From Candidatus Moraniibacteriota bacterium (lineage in GTDB: Bacteria; Patescibacteriota; Minisyncoccia; Moranbacterales; UBA2206), in NCBI GenBank assembly GCA_003483065.1, contig DMWY01000008.1:2177-66176 (forward strand): a stretch of 64,000 nt of DNA, given 5' to 3'. This document shows, piece after piece, positions 41,000 through 49,919 of this stretch (positions are counted from its first letter, which is position 1; every line of letters begins with the position of its first letter). The notes below the pieces were generated by a model. That model saw nothing but the letters and a program-made list of their open reading frames with translations. It did no database searches and was not told the origin of the DNA. The position numbers and the translations under genes are program-made.

Positions 41000-42076
41000 A
41001 TGGCTTTTTGGAATAAGGAAATAATTAGCTTGAATGAAAAATATTTTAGCTTAGACATCAGTGATCTTTCAGTGAAAGTTTTTCAATTAGAAAAAAAAGG
41101 AGGAAAAGATGAGATTAGAAGTTTTGGAGTGAGTGAAATTCCACTGGGATGTATTGAAAACGGAGAGATAATTAATCGCGAAAAAGTCGTTGAAGTAATC
41201 AAAAAGCTTTTGACCACAGCTGGTCCCAAAAAAATCAACACTAAGAAAGTGATTTGTTCTTTGCCAGAATCGAAAGTATTTTTGCGGGCTGTCACTATTC
41301 CTGAGATGAGCAAGGATGAGGCAGCTGAAGCGATAAAATGGGAAATTGAAGCTAGTACTCCGCTAGCGTTGGAACAGGTTTATTACGACTGGCAATTTTT
41401 GGATAAATTTGAAGGAAAGCAGAATGTTTTAACGGCAGCTGTAGGCAAGGATTTCGTGGATAAGCTTTCAGAAATTCTGACAGATTGTGGCTTGGAAGTT
41501 TGTGGTATGGAAGTAGAATCAGTAGCATCGACTCGAAGTTTGATTGCCAAGGATGCCAAGGCAGAAAATATTTTTCTAATTGTAGATATTGGTTCAAGCA
41601 AAACTAGTTTCACTGTCACCGAAGGAAACATTCCATATTTTACTTCTAGCATTCCTTTTTCTTCTTCTGGCATCACAGAAGAAATTTCCAGTAGGATGAA
41701 TTTCCAAAAAGAGGAAGCGGAAAAAATAAAAATTACCCAAGGGATAGAAAATTCTGCTGGGAACAATTCTGTTTTGAATTCGATTGGTTCTCTTTTGGAA
41801 AATCTGGCGGTAGAAATTGAGAGGACAATGGATTTCTATCAGAATATGTCCAAAAGTCATCCGGAAATAGAAAAAATTATTTTGACTGGCGGTGGCTCCA
41901 ATCTCAAAGGTCTTTTGACTTATTTGAAAACAAAAATTTCCACCGAAATAGTTTTGGGAGATCCTTGGATAAATTTAAATTTAGCTAATAAATTGCCCAA
42001 GATAAGCCAAGAGGATGCAATGCGCTATGTTGTGTCTATTGGATTAGCTATGCGAGAAACTGATTATGGAGATTAA
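41000..42076 (+). CDS. pilM: Type IV pilus assembly protein PilM (actin-like ATPase fold)
   Basis: Length and pattern typical of PilM (FSLDISDLSVKVFQL..., IVDIGSSKTSF, ILTGGGSNLKGL). Confidence 0.8.
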   Translation: MAFWNKEIISLNEKYFSLDISDLSVKVFQLEKKGGKDEIRSFGVSEIPLGCIENGEIINREKVVEVIKKLLTTAGPKKINTKKVICSLPESKVFLRAVTIPEMSKDEAAEAIKWEIEASTPLALEQVYYDWQFLDKFEGKQNVLTAAVGKDFVDKLSEILTDCGLEVCGMEVESVASTRSLIAKDAKAENIFLIVDIGSSKTSFTVTEGNIPYFTSSIPFSSSGITEEISSRMNFQKEEAEKIKITQGIENSAGNNSVLNSIGSLLENLAVEIERTMDFYQNMSKSHPEIEKIILTGGGSNLKGLLTYLKTKISTEIVLGDPWINLNLANKLPKISQEDAMRYVVSIGLAMRETDYGD

Positions 42077-42617
42077 ACTTAACTTAATATCGCCGGAAAA
42101 AAAAGAAGAAATTTCCAAAAAGAATCAATTGACGGCGACTATCCGAATAGAAATCTTTCTGACAGTCATTCTGGCAGTTTTCTTGGGTATGCTTTTGATT
42201 TTTAGCTATATTTTAAATCTAAATTTAAATTCAACCTTAACGGCGGAAAAGAAAAGTGAGAACAGTGGGAAATATGACAAAATTAAGGAACTGGACGCAA
42301 ATTTCAGCCAAGCTAATCGAAATTTAACTGATGTTATTTCCATAAAAAACAGCCAACTGCATTGGTCAAAAATGTTTGTAAAAATAAATAGTTTGGTTTT
42401 TCCGGGGATAAAAATAATCTCAGTAGTCACAAATGACTATTCGGTTAGTCTCGGAGGGATTTCTGATACGCGTGATAATCTGATGTTATTTAAGGATAAG
42501 TTGAACAGTGAAAAATGTTTTACGAATGTCAATTTACCACTGGCTGATTTGGTGGGAAAAAGTGATATTGTTTTTCAAATAGATCTAAGTATTGATAAAA
42601 ATTGTCTAAAAAACTAA
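42066..42617 (+). CDS. pilN: PilN-like bitopic membrane protein
   Basis: Single N-terminal TM after a short cytoplasmic tail, immediately downstream of and overlapping pilM. Confidence 0.5.
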   Translation: MEIKLNLISPEKKEEISKKNQLTATIRIEIFLTVILAVFLGMLLIFSYILNLNLNSTLTAEKKSENSGKYDKIKELDANFSQANRNLTDVISIKNSQLHWSKMFVKINSLVFPGIKIISVVTNDYSVSLGGISDTRDNLMLFKDKLNSEKCFTNVNLPLADLVGKSDIVFQIDLSIDKNCLKN

Positions 42618-43282
42618 TGAAAGAAATTTGGAAGAAAAATAAATTAACGTTCATTATCTTGGGCTACGTGGTGGTTTTTTCAGTCGTGGTATATTTTTTG
42701 GTGCTTCCTTTGATTTCTAAAACTAAATCAATTTCAACTCAAATCCAAGAAAAAATAGTCGATCAAAAAATTGAGGAAACCAAGCTTAGAAATTTGCCTC
42801 AAATGAACAAAGACTGGGAAGATTTCAAAGCGCAAAAAAACTCAGTAGATGTAATTCTTAGTCCTGGTAGTGAGATAAGTTTCATAGAAAGCATTGATTC
42901 GATTGCGCAAAAGTCCGGCAATATAATTGATTTGAAAATTGGTGATCAGGTTGATCCAAAAGAGGTGGAAAAAATAAAAGCTAGCGCCAAGAAAAATAAG
43001 GAACAAAAAGGCGTAATGGATGACATTTCCTATACTAGTTATTTTCCTATGCAAATTAATCTAAAAGGGGATTATCAAAGCTTACTTAATTTTGTTCATA
43101 TGCTGGAGAATGGACATTTCTATGTAAATATAATTTCGATAAATTCCAAAAAACAAACAGTGGAAAATTCATCGTCGAACCAAAGTATGTTTTCTAGCGA
43201 AGAAGAAAAAGAGAAGAATAAAAATAATGCCAAAGAAACTATTGTAAGCGCTATAAACGCTATAGTTTATACGCAAAGATAA
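42602..43282 (+). CDS. pilO: PilO-like bitopic membrane protein
   Basis: N-terminal TM, coiled-coil periplasmic region, position after pilN. Confidence 0.45.
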   Translation: MSKKLMKEIWKKNKLTFIILGYVVVFSVVVYFLVLPLISKTKSISTQIQEKIVDQKIEETKLRNLPQMNKDWEDFKAQKNSVDVILSPGSEISFIESIDSIAQKSGNIIDLKIGDQVDPKEVEKIKASAKKNKEQKGVMDDISYTSYFPMQINLKGDYQSLLNFVHMLENGHFYVNIISINSKKQTVENSSSNQSMFSSEEEKEKNKNNAKETIVSAINAIVYTQR

Positions 43283-43287
43283 AAATT

Positions 43288-43635
43288 ATGAAAATGGATT
43301 TGAAAATTGATTTGAAAGATTTGCAGAAATATTTGAATGTATCAACAATGCGTCGAAGCGCAGGAATTTTCTTTTTCAAAAAAGCGCAATTTTTTCTACT
43401 TTTGATTCTATTTTTCTCTGCAATTTACCTAGTTTTTATTTGGTACACCTATATATTTAATTCGCAGTGGAATGATGTGCGCGTCAAAGAATATATGACA
43501 GCGAAACAAAGCAAAAGCGAAACTGTTTTTAATCGGGAAAATTTTCAAAAAGTCATCGATGAATCAAATGCCAGAAGCGCCGAATTTGAAAAGCCCTTGG
43601 AGAATGTGGAGGATATTTTTCGGTTGAATAAATAA
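43288..43635 (+). CDS. Hypothetical bitopic membrane protein, last gene of the pilus operon
   Basis: Single TM (FFLLLILFFSAIYLVFIWYTYIF). Followed by a terminator at 43652-43677. Confidence 0.3.
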   Translation: MKMDLKIDLKDLQKYLNVSTMRRSAGIFFFKKAQFFLLLILFFSAIYLVFIWYTYIFNSQWNDVRVKEYMTAKQSKSETVFNRENFQKVIDESNARSAEFEKPLENVEDIFRLNK

Positions 43636-43651
43636 AAGAATTAGAAAACAA

Positions 43652-43677
43652 AAACACTGCGATGAGCAGTGTTTTTT
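43652..43677. terminator. Bidirectional Rho-independent terminator between the pilus operon (+) and the tRNA operon (-)
   Basis: AAAACACTGC gatgag GCAGTGTTTT perfect 10-bp stem with A/T runs on both sides. Confidence 0.7.
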
Positions 43678-43683
43678 ATTTTG

Positions 43684-43756
43684 TGCGCCGGGCAGGAATC
43701 GAACCTGCGACCAATAGCTTAGAAGGCTACTGCTCTATCCACTGAGCTACCGGCGC
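43684..43756 (-). tRNA. tRNA-Arg (anticodon TCT)
   Basis: Reverse complement GCGCCGGTAGCTCAGTGGATAGAGCAGTAGCCTTCTAAGCTATTGGTCGCAGGTTCGATTCCTGCCCGGCGCA folds as a cloverleaf with anticodon loop CTTCTAA. CCA not encoded. Confidence 0.85.
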
Positions 43757-43837
43757 ATCTTTGTTTTATTGTTGAGTAATGGGGGAGAAGGGGAGATAGA
43801 ATTTTATTCTGCCTCACGCCTTCTCCATTTTTTCTCC

Positions 43838-44071
43838 CTATATCCAGTTCCATAGGGGAAAAGGGATTTTCCCAAGCCAGTTTTCCCACCAGCTTAAGTT
43901 TCTTTCTATTTTTATTCTCCCCTCCCTTTTTTTCCAGGTGAAAATAACTTCTTCATACCCACAATTTGGACATTTAAAACAAAATATCCCTGGCTCTTGT
44001 TCCACGAACATCCATACTGCTTCCCAGACTGCCGTACATTTTGGCGCCGGGCAAGGTTTTTTTTGTGCCAT
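43838..44071 (-). CDS. Small zinc-ribbon protein (CxxxxC...CxxC) encoded inside the tRNA operon; C-terminal extent uncertain
   Basis: Strong SD (AAAGGAGGTG, 4-nt spacer) before ATG at 44071. MAQKKPCPAPKCTAVWEAV...CFKCPNCG. The 3' half reads through a purine/pyrimidine-tract region and may not be real coding sequence. Confidence 0.45.
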   Translation of the reverse strand: MAQKKPCPAPKCTAVWEAVWMFVEQEPGIFCFKCPNCGYEEVIFTWKKREGRIKIERNLSWWENWLGKIPFPLWNWI

Positions 44072-44113
44072 TTGGCACCTCCTTTTTTTAAATCGTTTTT
44101 ATTATTTCTCCTG

Positions 44114-44185
44114 GGCGGTCACTGGGAATCGAACCCAAATTCTCGGTACCACAAACCGATGTCTTAGCCACTAGACGATGACCGC
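44114..44185 (-). tRNA. tRNA-His (anticodon GTG) with encoded G-1
   Basis: Reverse complement gGCGGTCATCGTCTAGTGGCTAAGACATCGGTTTGTGGTACCGAGAATTTGGGTTCGATTCCCAGTGACCGCC c. Anticodon loop TTGTGGT. Extra 5' G pairs with the discriminator C, as in bacterial tRNA-His. Confidence 0.8.
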
Positions 44186-44201
44186 CATATATTATTTTTT
44201 T

Positions 44202-44274
44202 GTGCACCCACCGGGACTCGAACCTGGGACCATATCCTTAAGAGGGATCTGCTCTACCAACTGAGCTATGGGTG
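44202..44274 (-). tRNA. tRNA-Lys (anticodon CTT)
   Basis: Reverse complement GCACCCATAGCTCAGTTGGTAGAGCAGATCCCTCTTAAGGATATGGTCCCAGGTTCGAGTCCCGGTGGGTGCA. Anticodon loop CTCTTAA. Confidence 0.85.
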
Positions 44275-44290
44275 CGTCGTCGCTATTTCT

Positions 44291-44363
44291 TGAAATTTTG
44301 TGCGCCCGGCAGGAATCGGACCTACAACCCCTTGGTTCGAAGCCAAGTACTCTATCCATTGAG
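44291..44363 (-). tRNA. tRNA-Arg (anticodon TCG)
   Basis: Reverse complement GCGCCCGTAGCTCAATGGATAGAGTACTTGGCTTCGAACCAAGGGGTTGTAGGTCCGATTCCTGCCGGGCGCA. Anticodon loop CTTCGAA. Confidence 0.85.
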
Positions 44364-44407
44364 CTACGGGCGCGTCGTCGTTATCAATCCTCTTTACAAC
44401 ATATAAA

Positions 44408-44436
44408 ATACTAGCTTAAATAAATGGCCTAGTCAA
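44408..44436 (-). promoter_or_regulatory. Sigma-70-type promoter of the minus-strand tRNA operon
   Basis: On the minus strand TTGACT, 17 nt, TAGTAT, about 40 nt upstream of tRNA-Arg(TCG). Confidence 0.6.
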
Positions 44437-44442
44437 CTGATT

Positions 44443-45780
44443 CTACATGTTGTGTTCACTTTTGTACCTTCTCCATTCTTTGTCTGACCAATCCTTTGGT
44501 TTTTCAGTGAGGGTATTTTCGGCGCCTGGGTGAGGATATTTATTGGGAGAATCATAGGCGCTATTAAAAACATCCTCCCGAATAAGTTTCTCATTTTTAT
44601 CAAAAACTTGCTGAGTGAAAGTGGTTTTTAGCGAGCCGTCGGGTTTTTTTTCTAAAACAGTCGGGCCGATAACATTCGTTTTTCTTCCGTCATTTGTTCC
44701 GTAGAAATTGAAAATTAATTCTTTGCCTTCGATTTTTGTTTCGATAAGAATGTGTCCAGGAGTGTTGTTTTTAAAACGCAAATCTGGAAGAGGAACGTAA
44801 ACAGTAGCATCCATTCCTTGCGGATTATAATAACTCACTGGATAAGCGTGGTTTCTTCTGGCAGTTATTTCAAGCCCGGAATTTATCGCAGCACGAAAAG
44901 CGGTGGTAGAAACTTGGCAAATTCCTCCGCCAAATTCTGGTTCAGTCTTATCATGTTTAATGACTAGTTCTGGAAGATAACCATGCTCGCCGTCTACTTC
45001 TCCGAGAATTTTCACGAAAGAAAATTCTTCTTCAGACTTAATGAGAACTCCATTGAATCTTTTGGTGGCTACATTGATATTGAATATCCTATTTTTTGGC
45101 GAACCGGCAAAATTTGATTTTCCAGTTCCAATGAGACTGGTAATGCCTAAATTATTTTGTGAATCGGAAGAAATTTCCGGTTGGATTTTTTGTGTTGGCA
45201 GATCAAGCGAAGCTGAAAAATTTTGTGCTAATAGAAAGTCCCTAAGAATTTGGACGCTTTTTTCTTCATCAAGCTTTATCCCTGGGCTGGAAAGAGCAAA
45301 AACAGAAACCCTTCCGTCAGTTATTTCAAATTTTGCATCCAAGGGATCCTTGTTGGTTTTTCTAGCTAAGTCTCTGGTAAAATTTTCAATTGCATCGGTA
45401 TTAATACTAAGGGTATATTTTTTCTTGATATGTTTTTGATTTTCATAGGGAAAGGAAAGTCGACATTCGAGAGATTTTTCATATTGGCAAAAATTGATAT
45501 TTTCTATTTCAGAAAAATATTTAGAGTCAAAAGCAAGGTAATTTTTTTCTTTTAACCAAGTGGAAATTTCTGACTTCGTCAAGGAGTAGGGGGCGCCATT
45601 TACAATTAAATTTAAATCAGTCGGAATTTTTTCTAATATTTCAGCTGGCAAAATCTGGGCAGAAATATTCCCTGGCCAAAAAGCCAGAGTGAAAAAATAG
45701 GCGATTAAGATGTATTTTCTAGTTTGCATAGCTTTAATATACCATAAATAGAAAGAAAAACACAGAATCATCTGTGTCAT
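44443..45780 (-). CDS. VanW-domain protein (membrane-anchored)
   Basis: VanW signature FGGGICQVSTTAFRAAINSGLEITARRNHAYPVSYY. N-terminal TM. The likely true start is the internal Met (MQTRKY, about 45729). Confidence 0.7.
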   Translation of the reverse strand: MTQMILCFSFYLWYIKAMQTRKYILIAYFFTLAFWPGNISAQILPAEILEKIPTDLNLIVNGAPYSLTKSEISTWLKEKNYLAFDSKYFSEIENINFCQYEKSLECRLSFPYENQKHIKKKYTLSINTDAIENFTRDLARKTNKDPLDAKFEITDGRVSVFALSSPGIKLDEEKSVQILRDFLLAQNFSASLDLPTQKIQPEISSDSQNNLGITSLIGTGKSNFAGSPKNRIFNINVATKRFNGVLIKSEEEFSFVKILGEVDGEHGYLPELVIKHDKTEPEFGGGICQVSTTAFRAAINSGLEITARRNHAYPVSYYNPQGMDATVYVPLPDLRFKNNTPGHILIETKIEGKELIFNFYGTNDGRKTNVIGPTVLEKKPDGSLKTTFTQQVFDKNEKLIREDVFNSAYDSPNKYPHPGAENTLTEKPKDWSDKEWRRYKSEHNM

Positions 45781-45811
45781 TCTGTTGAGTCTGGCGTGTC
45801 TGATTTTTTAT

Positions 45812-46351
45812 TTAGAATCCTCTAACTTGAATTTTTTTGGTTTTAGTATTGTCGGCCTTTGGCAGACGAATTGTCAAAATTCCATTTTTCATGGATGCTT
45901 CTATTTTATCAGCCAACACATCTACTGGCAGAATAACAGAACGGGAAAAGCTCCCCCAATAACATTCTTGGTAATAATAATTTTCTTCGGAAACTTCTTC
46001 GTCTTTTCTTCTTTCACCACGGATGGTGATCATATCATTGTTGATGCTCACATCCAAATCTTCCGGTTTCACACCAGCGATAGTGGAGCGAATCACCACA
46101 TCATTGTCAGTTTGGTAAACATCGATAGTGAGTTGTCCTTCACCGTCTTCTTGAATAGGGGCTGAGTGCATTTCTTCTCGTTCCATCATACGAGGAGATG
46201 AATTGATGATCATTTCTGCTTCAGCAGTGTCTTCGGAGTAGATATTAGAGATATTCATCGGACGTTCTCTTTCAAAAGATCCGCCTTCACTACTGTCAAT
46301 TGATCGGGAACCGGTTAATTTTTCAAAAAAAGATTTTTTTACTTTAGTCAT
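45812..46351 (-). CDS. Hsp20/alpha-crystallin family small heat-shock protein
   Basis: Alpha-crystallin domain (LTIDVYQTDNDVVIRSTIAGVKPEDLDVSINNDMITIRGERR ... GSFSRSVILP ... NGILTIRLPK). Confidence 0.9.
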   Translation of the reverse strand: MTKVKKSFFEKLTGSRSIDSSEGGSFERERPMNISNIYSEDTAEAEMIINSSPRMMEREEMHSAPIQEDGEGQLTIDVYQTDNDVVIRSTIAGVKPEDLDVSINNDMITIRGERRKDEEVSEENYYYQECYWGSFSRSVILPVDVLADKIEASMKNGILTIRLPKADNTKTKKIQVRGF

Positions 46352-46416
46352 ATTTGTGTATTATTTATTTATCCTTATTTAATTCTAATTTAATTCTGGT
46401 TTTTTGGCAAGAAAAG

Positions 46417-46956
46417 TTATTTCTTGCTATTTTTACTCACAAAAAAAGCTAGAAAAATGAGGATACCTAATCCACCATTAAGTGTGAGATAGCCGATTGA
46501 AATAAGAATAAAAAAATTGAAAAGAAAATGCAAGAAATAGCCAAGGGCAAAAATAGCCAAAGTGCTCCAAATCGCCAGGTTTTCTTTTCTAGCCAGATAG
46601 AGACCGTAGATTGAGGAAGTGAAAATATGAATCAAAAATAACCCAAGGTAAGAGAAGAATAATTCAAGATTGAAAGGGTTGTTATTTAGAACATTGAGAA
46701 ATATTTCCGCAGTAGCAAATCCGCTACCCAAAATAATCGAAGACCAAAAAATATTTTTTACACTTTTTGAAATTTTCCATAAAAGGCCGAGCTTGATAAA
46801 TTCTTCAATGAAAATTGCCAAAAGCATGAAATAGCCAATCTTTTCCGAAACGGCAGAATTTTCTAAGGCAGGGAAGATGATTGTTAGAATTGTCTGAATA
46901 ATCAAAGCACTAAGGGCGGCCGCTATTCCAAAAGAGAAAATTAGAATTTTATTCAT
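46417..46956 (-). CDS. PrsW-like intramembrane metalloprotease family membrane protein
   Basis: EExxK (IEEFIKL), FxxxE (FATAE) and HxxxN (HFLFN) motifs in successive TM helices. Confidence 0.5.
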   Translation of the reverse strand: MNKILIFSFGIAAALSALIIQTILTIIFPALENSAVSEKIGYFMLLAIFIEEFIKLGLLWKISKSVKNIFWSSIILGSGFATAEIFLNVLNNNPFNLELFFSYLGLFLIHIFTSSIYGLYLARKENLAIWSTLAIFALGYFLHFLFNFFILISIGYLTLNGGLGILIFLAFFVSKNSKK

Positions 46957-46957
46957 A

Positions 46958-48061
46958 TTAGTTTAATTTTAAATTAGCGTTTGTTTCTAAATTTTTCCAA
47001 TTATTTTTCAATTTATGAGTGCCTTTTTTGAACTTATAACGGAAAGAGGCAGCGATAGCAATCATTGCGGCATTGTCTATGCTATATTTAGTCTCTGGTA
47101 TGCGATAAGCAGTATCCGGCAAATCTTTTTTGATCGCTTCACCAAGTTGTCGGCGCAGTTCAGAATTTGCAGACACGCCACCGGCTAGCATAATAGTTTT
47201 GGGATTATATTTCTTTGCTGCGCGTATGGTTTTGGAAATCAAGACATCGCAAACAGCTTGTTGGAATTCCTGGCAAACTGCACTTACAAAATCTTTATTC
47301 TTCAATAATTTTTCATTTTTTTTGGCTAAATATAAAACAGCAGTTTTGAGTCCAGAAAAAGAAAAATTAAAATTGTCGCTCTTGATCATTGGACGAGGGA
47401 GGGGAGCTTCTAGTTTATATTTTTTAACTCCTGTTGCTTCCTTCGCTACTGCCGGTCCACCAGGATAACCAAGCCCCAAAATTCTTGCGACCTTGTCAAA
47501 AGCTTCGCCCACAGCATCATCTTGAGTTTCGCCGATAATTTCATAAGTCAGATGTTTTTTCATAATAACGAGTTGAGTGTGCCCGCCGGAGACTACCAAA
47601 CAAAGAATAGGAAAACAATGATCAGTGAACAATGAACAAGAATTTATTTTTTCTTGATTCTTGATTCTTGACTCCTGTTCACTGTTAATAAAGTTAGCAT
47701 AGATATGTCCTTCAATATGATGAATTCCAATCAAGGGTTTTTTCCAAAGGTAGGATAATGTTTTGGCGGTTTCCACTCCGATAAGCAGTGCCGGTATTAG
47801 TCCTGGGCCATTAGTGACAGCGATGAGATCAACATCCTTCGAAGTCAAGCGGGCTTTTTTCAAGGCTTCGTCGATAACGGGCATAATATTTTTCAAATGT
47901 TCTCTGGCCGCCAAATTTGGGACTACTCCACCCCAAGTGGCATGAAGAGCTATTTGTGAAGAGACAATATTGGCTAAAACCGAAAAATCACCATTTTTTT
48001 CTTCCAAAATAGCGCAGGCAGTTTCATCGCAAGATGTTTCAAGGCTCAATATTATTTGCAT
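46958..48061 (-). CDS. tsaD: tRNA N6-adenosine threonylcarbamoyltransferase TsaD (Kae1/Gcp family)
   Basis: N-terminus LSLETSCDETACAIL, HHIEGH metal site, VSGGHTQL, GGVSAN. Carries an about 20-aa low-complexity insert encoded by a 7-bp tandem repeat. Confidence 0.9.
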   Translation of the reverse strand: MQIILSLETSCDETACAILEEKNGDFSVLANIVSSQIALHATWGGVVPNLAAREHLKNIMPVIDEALKKARLTSKDVDLIAVTNGPGLIPALLIGVETAKTLSYLWKKPLIGIHHIEGHIYANFINSEQESRIKNQEKINSCSLFTDHCFPILCLVVSGGHTQLVIMKKHLTYEIIGETQDDAVGEAFDKVARILGLGYPGGPAVAKEATGVKKYKLEAPLPRPMIKSDNFNFSFSGLKTAVLYLAKKNEKLLKNKDFVSAVCQEFQQAVCDVLISKTIRAAKKYNPKTIMLAGGVSANSELRRQLGEAIKKDLPDTAYRIPETKYSIDNAAMIAIAASFRYKFKKGTHKLKNNWKNLETNANLKLN

Positions 48062-48147
48062 AAGTCGTTTTTTTGTGCTATAATTAATATATTACAGTAT
48101 TTTAGCATAGTTTTCAAATAGTACTAATAATTAATAAAATAAAAAAT

Positions 48148-48765
48148 ATGAACAGTGCAGAAGAAAATAAACCCGAGCCACAACAAGAGGATGAAAATAT
48201 AATAGAAGCTTCAGTAGTAGAAGAAGGGACTGAGGGTTCAGAAAGAAAAAGTCTTCAAGAGATAGGTAATGAAAGAAAATCTGCTTTATTCAATAAGGGA
48301 AAAGAAGTATTTGGAAAAACAAAAAATGGAATACTTGAGGGATTGAGTTGGCTTAAGAAAAAAGCTGGCGCAACCGTGGACTATGCTTTTGCTGCTCCAG
48401 AAGCAATCCAAAGAGGAGCAGAAGCAACAAAAGAGGGTGCTGTAAAAGGAATTAACGCAACAGTAGACGCTGGAAAATTTGTTGGTGGTAAAATGAAAGA
48501 GGGTGTGGAGCATACAACGAGAATTGCTACAGAAAAATTTGATGCCCTAATGGCAAGAGGGAAACAAACTGGTGAAAATTTGAAATCAAGGGGCAGAGAA
48601 GCTAAAAGTAAGTTTGATAATTGGCGCAACGAAAGGAGTTTGGGAAAATTGCGACAACAAGAAGGTTCTCTTTGGGAACAAATTAATCCGTTAGTTCAGG
48701 AATACCAAAAAATCAGGGAAATGAGAATTAACATGGAAAGAAAAATGGCTGGCCAAGCTATTTAA
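48148..48765 (+). CDS. Hypothetical protein (helical, Lys/Glu-rich)
   Basis: No recognisable catalytic motif. Confidence 0.35.
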   Translation: MNSAEENKPEPQQEDENIIEASVVEEGTEGSERKSLQEIGNERKSALFNKGKEVFGKTKNGILEGLSWLKKKAGATVDYAFAAPEAIQRGAEATKEGAVKGINATVDAGKFVGGKMKEGVEHTTRIATEKFDALMARGKQTGENLKSRGREAKSKFDNWRNERSLGKLRQQEGSLWEQINPLVQEYQKIREMRINMERKMAGQAI

Positions 48766-48796
48766 TTAGGATTTAATAAAAATAAAAAATAAAATT

Positions 48797-49171
48797 ATGA
48801 CTAAAGAAGAATTAATAAAATATATAAACGAAAATACTTTTCTGGAAAGTAATTCGAAAAATAAATATCTATCCATGCTAAATGAGGAAGAAATAGATGA
48901 TTCAAAAATATTAGACGTGCTTAATTTAATAGAAGATGAAATTCAAGGAAAAATTGATGCTAAATTCAAAGAAGCTGGTGTTGAACTGGATGAAAATGAT
49001 CCTGAATATAAAGCAAAGCACGCAGAAATGATGAATGAAATGCAAGCGGCTGAAGATGAATTCAATGTGGAAATGGGAAAAATTGACAAGGAAGTTTCCG
49101 AGGTGCAAAAAGAAGCTTCGCAGCAATTAGATGATATAAAGGCGCAAGCGGTGAGATCATCTATGGAATAA
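48797..49171 (+). CDS. Hypothetical acidic coiled-coil protein
   Basis: Terminator at 49190-49219 (ATACCGGC tataat GCCGGTAT then T8). Confidence 0.35.
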   Translation: MTKEELIKYINENTFLESNSKNKYLSMLNEEEIDDSKILDVLNLIEDEIQGKIDAKFKEAGVELDENDPEYKAKHAEMMNEMQAAEDEFNVEMGKIDKEVSEVQKEASQQLDDIKAQAVRSSME

Positions 49172-49302
49172 TTTGGCTATAAAATAGGAATACCGGCTAT
49201 AATGCCGGTATTTTTTTTGTGATGAAAGCTCATATGCTAAATAGCAGTAGTGTAGTATAATTATTATTGCGAAATATAAAGTAAAAAATTCAAGTATTAT
49301 AA

Positions 49303-49905
49303 ATGCTAGAAGATAAGTCAAAAAATGAATTAACTGACAGCGAGCTGGTGGAAATTGTGCGAAACTCGGATCAGGAAAGATATGGCGAAATCATTGAAAG
49401 ATATCAAGGAAAATTATTCGCCTATCTTTTTCGTTTGATTGGTTCACGGGATGAAGCACAAGATATTTTGCAAGATGTTTTTCTCAAGGCCTATCGAAAT
49501 TTGCAAAGTTATGACACGGCGCGAAAATTTTCTTCCTGGATCTATCGCATCGCGCACAACGAAGCAGTCAACTTTATCAAGAGAAGAGCGCTTAAGAGAT
49601 TTATCCCCTGGGAAGATATCGCCGCGACCAAAGACAAATTGGAAATGATGAGTTTTGAAGAGGGGGCAGACAAGGCGTGGCTTCGAAAGGAAATTGGCAA
49701 AGAGGTAAATGTGGCGCTCGACAAAATGCCATTTAAGTATAAGCAAGTTTTGGTGCTCCGCTATTTTTCTGACAAATCATATGAAGAGATAAGTGAAATT
49801 TTGGGAAAGCCGATGAATACTGTGGGCACACTAATCAGTCGCGCCAAGCAAAAACTTTCCGAAGAATTGAAAGGGCAAGATTTGCCATTTGATAATGATA
49901 AATAA
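49303..49905 (+). CDS. ECF-family RNA polymerase sigma factor
   Basis: Region 2 (DILQDVFLKAYRNL...FSSWIYRIAHNEAVNFIKRR) and region 4 HTH (YEEISEILGKPMNTVGTLISRAKQKL). Confidence 0.85.
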   Translation: MLEDKSKNELTDSELVEIVRNSDQERYGEIIERYQGKLFAYLFRLIGSRDEAQDILQDVFLKAYRNLQSYDTARKFSSWIYRIAHNEAVNFIKRRALKRFIPWEDIAATKDKLEMMSFEEGADKAWLRKEIGKEVNVALDKMPFKYKQVLVLRYFSDKSYEEISEILGKPMNTVGTLISRAKQKLSEELKGQDLPFDNDK

Positions 49906-49919
49906 TTTTTGAAATATTT

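Noticed and set aside
43757-44113. Possibility that the tRNA-operon gap encodes RNase P RNA, tmRNA or 4.5S RNA
   Set aside because: I could not find the conserved P4 (GGAAAGTCCGG-type) motif, the tmRNA tRNA-like 3' end or the SRP domain IV motif on either strand. It stays flagged as unexplained, not as a named RNA.
43938-44174. Plus-strand 78-aa ORF
   Set aside because: It overlaps tRNA-His and the minus-strand zinc-ribbon ORF. There is no ribosome-binding site. Its translation is low complexity.
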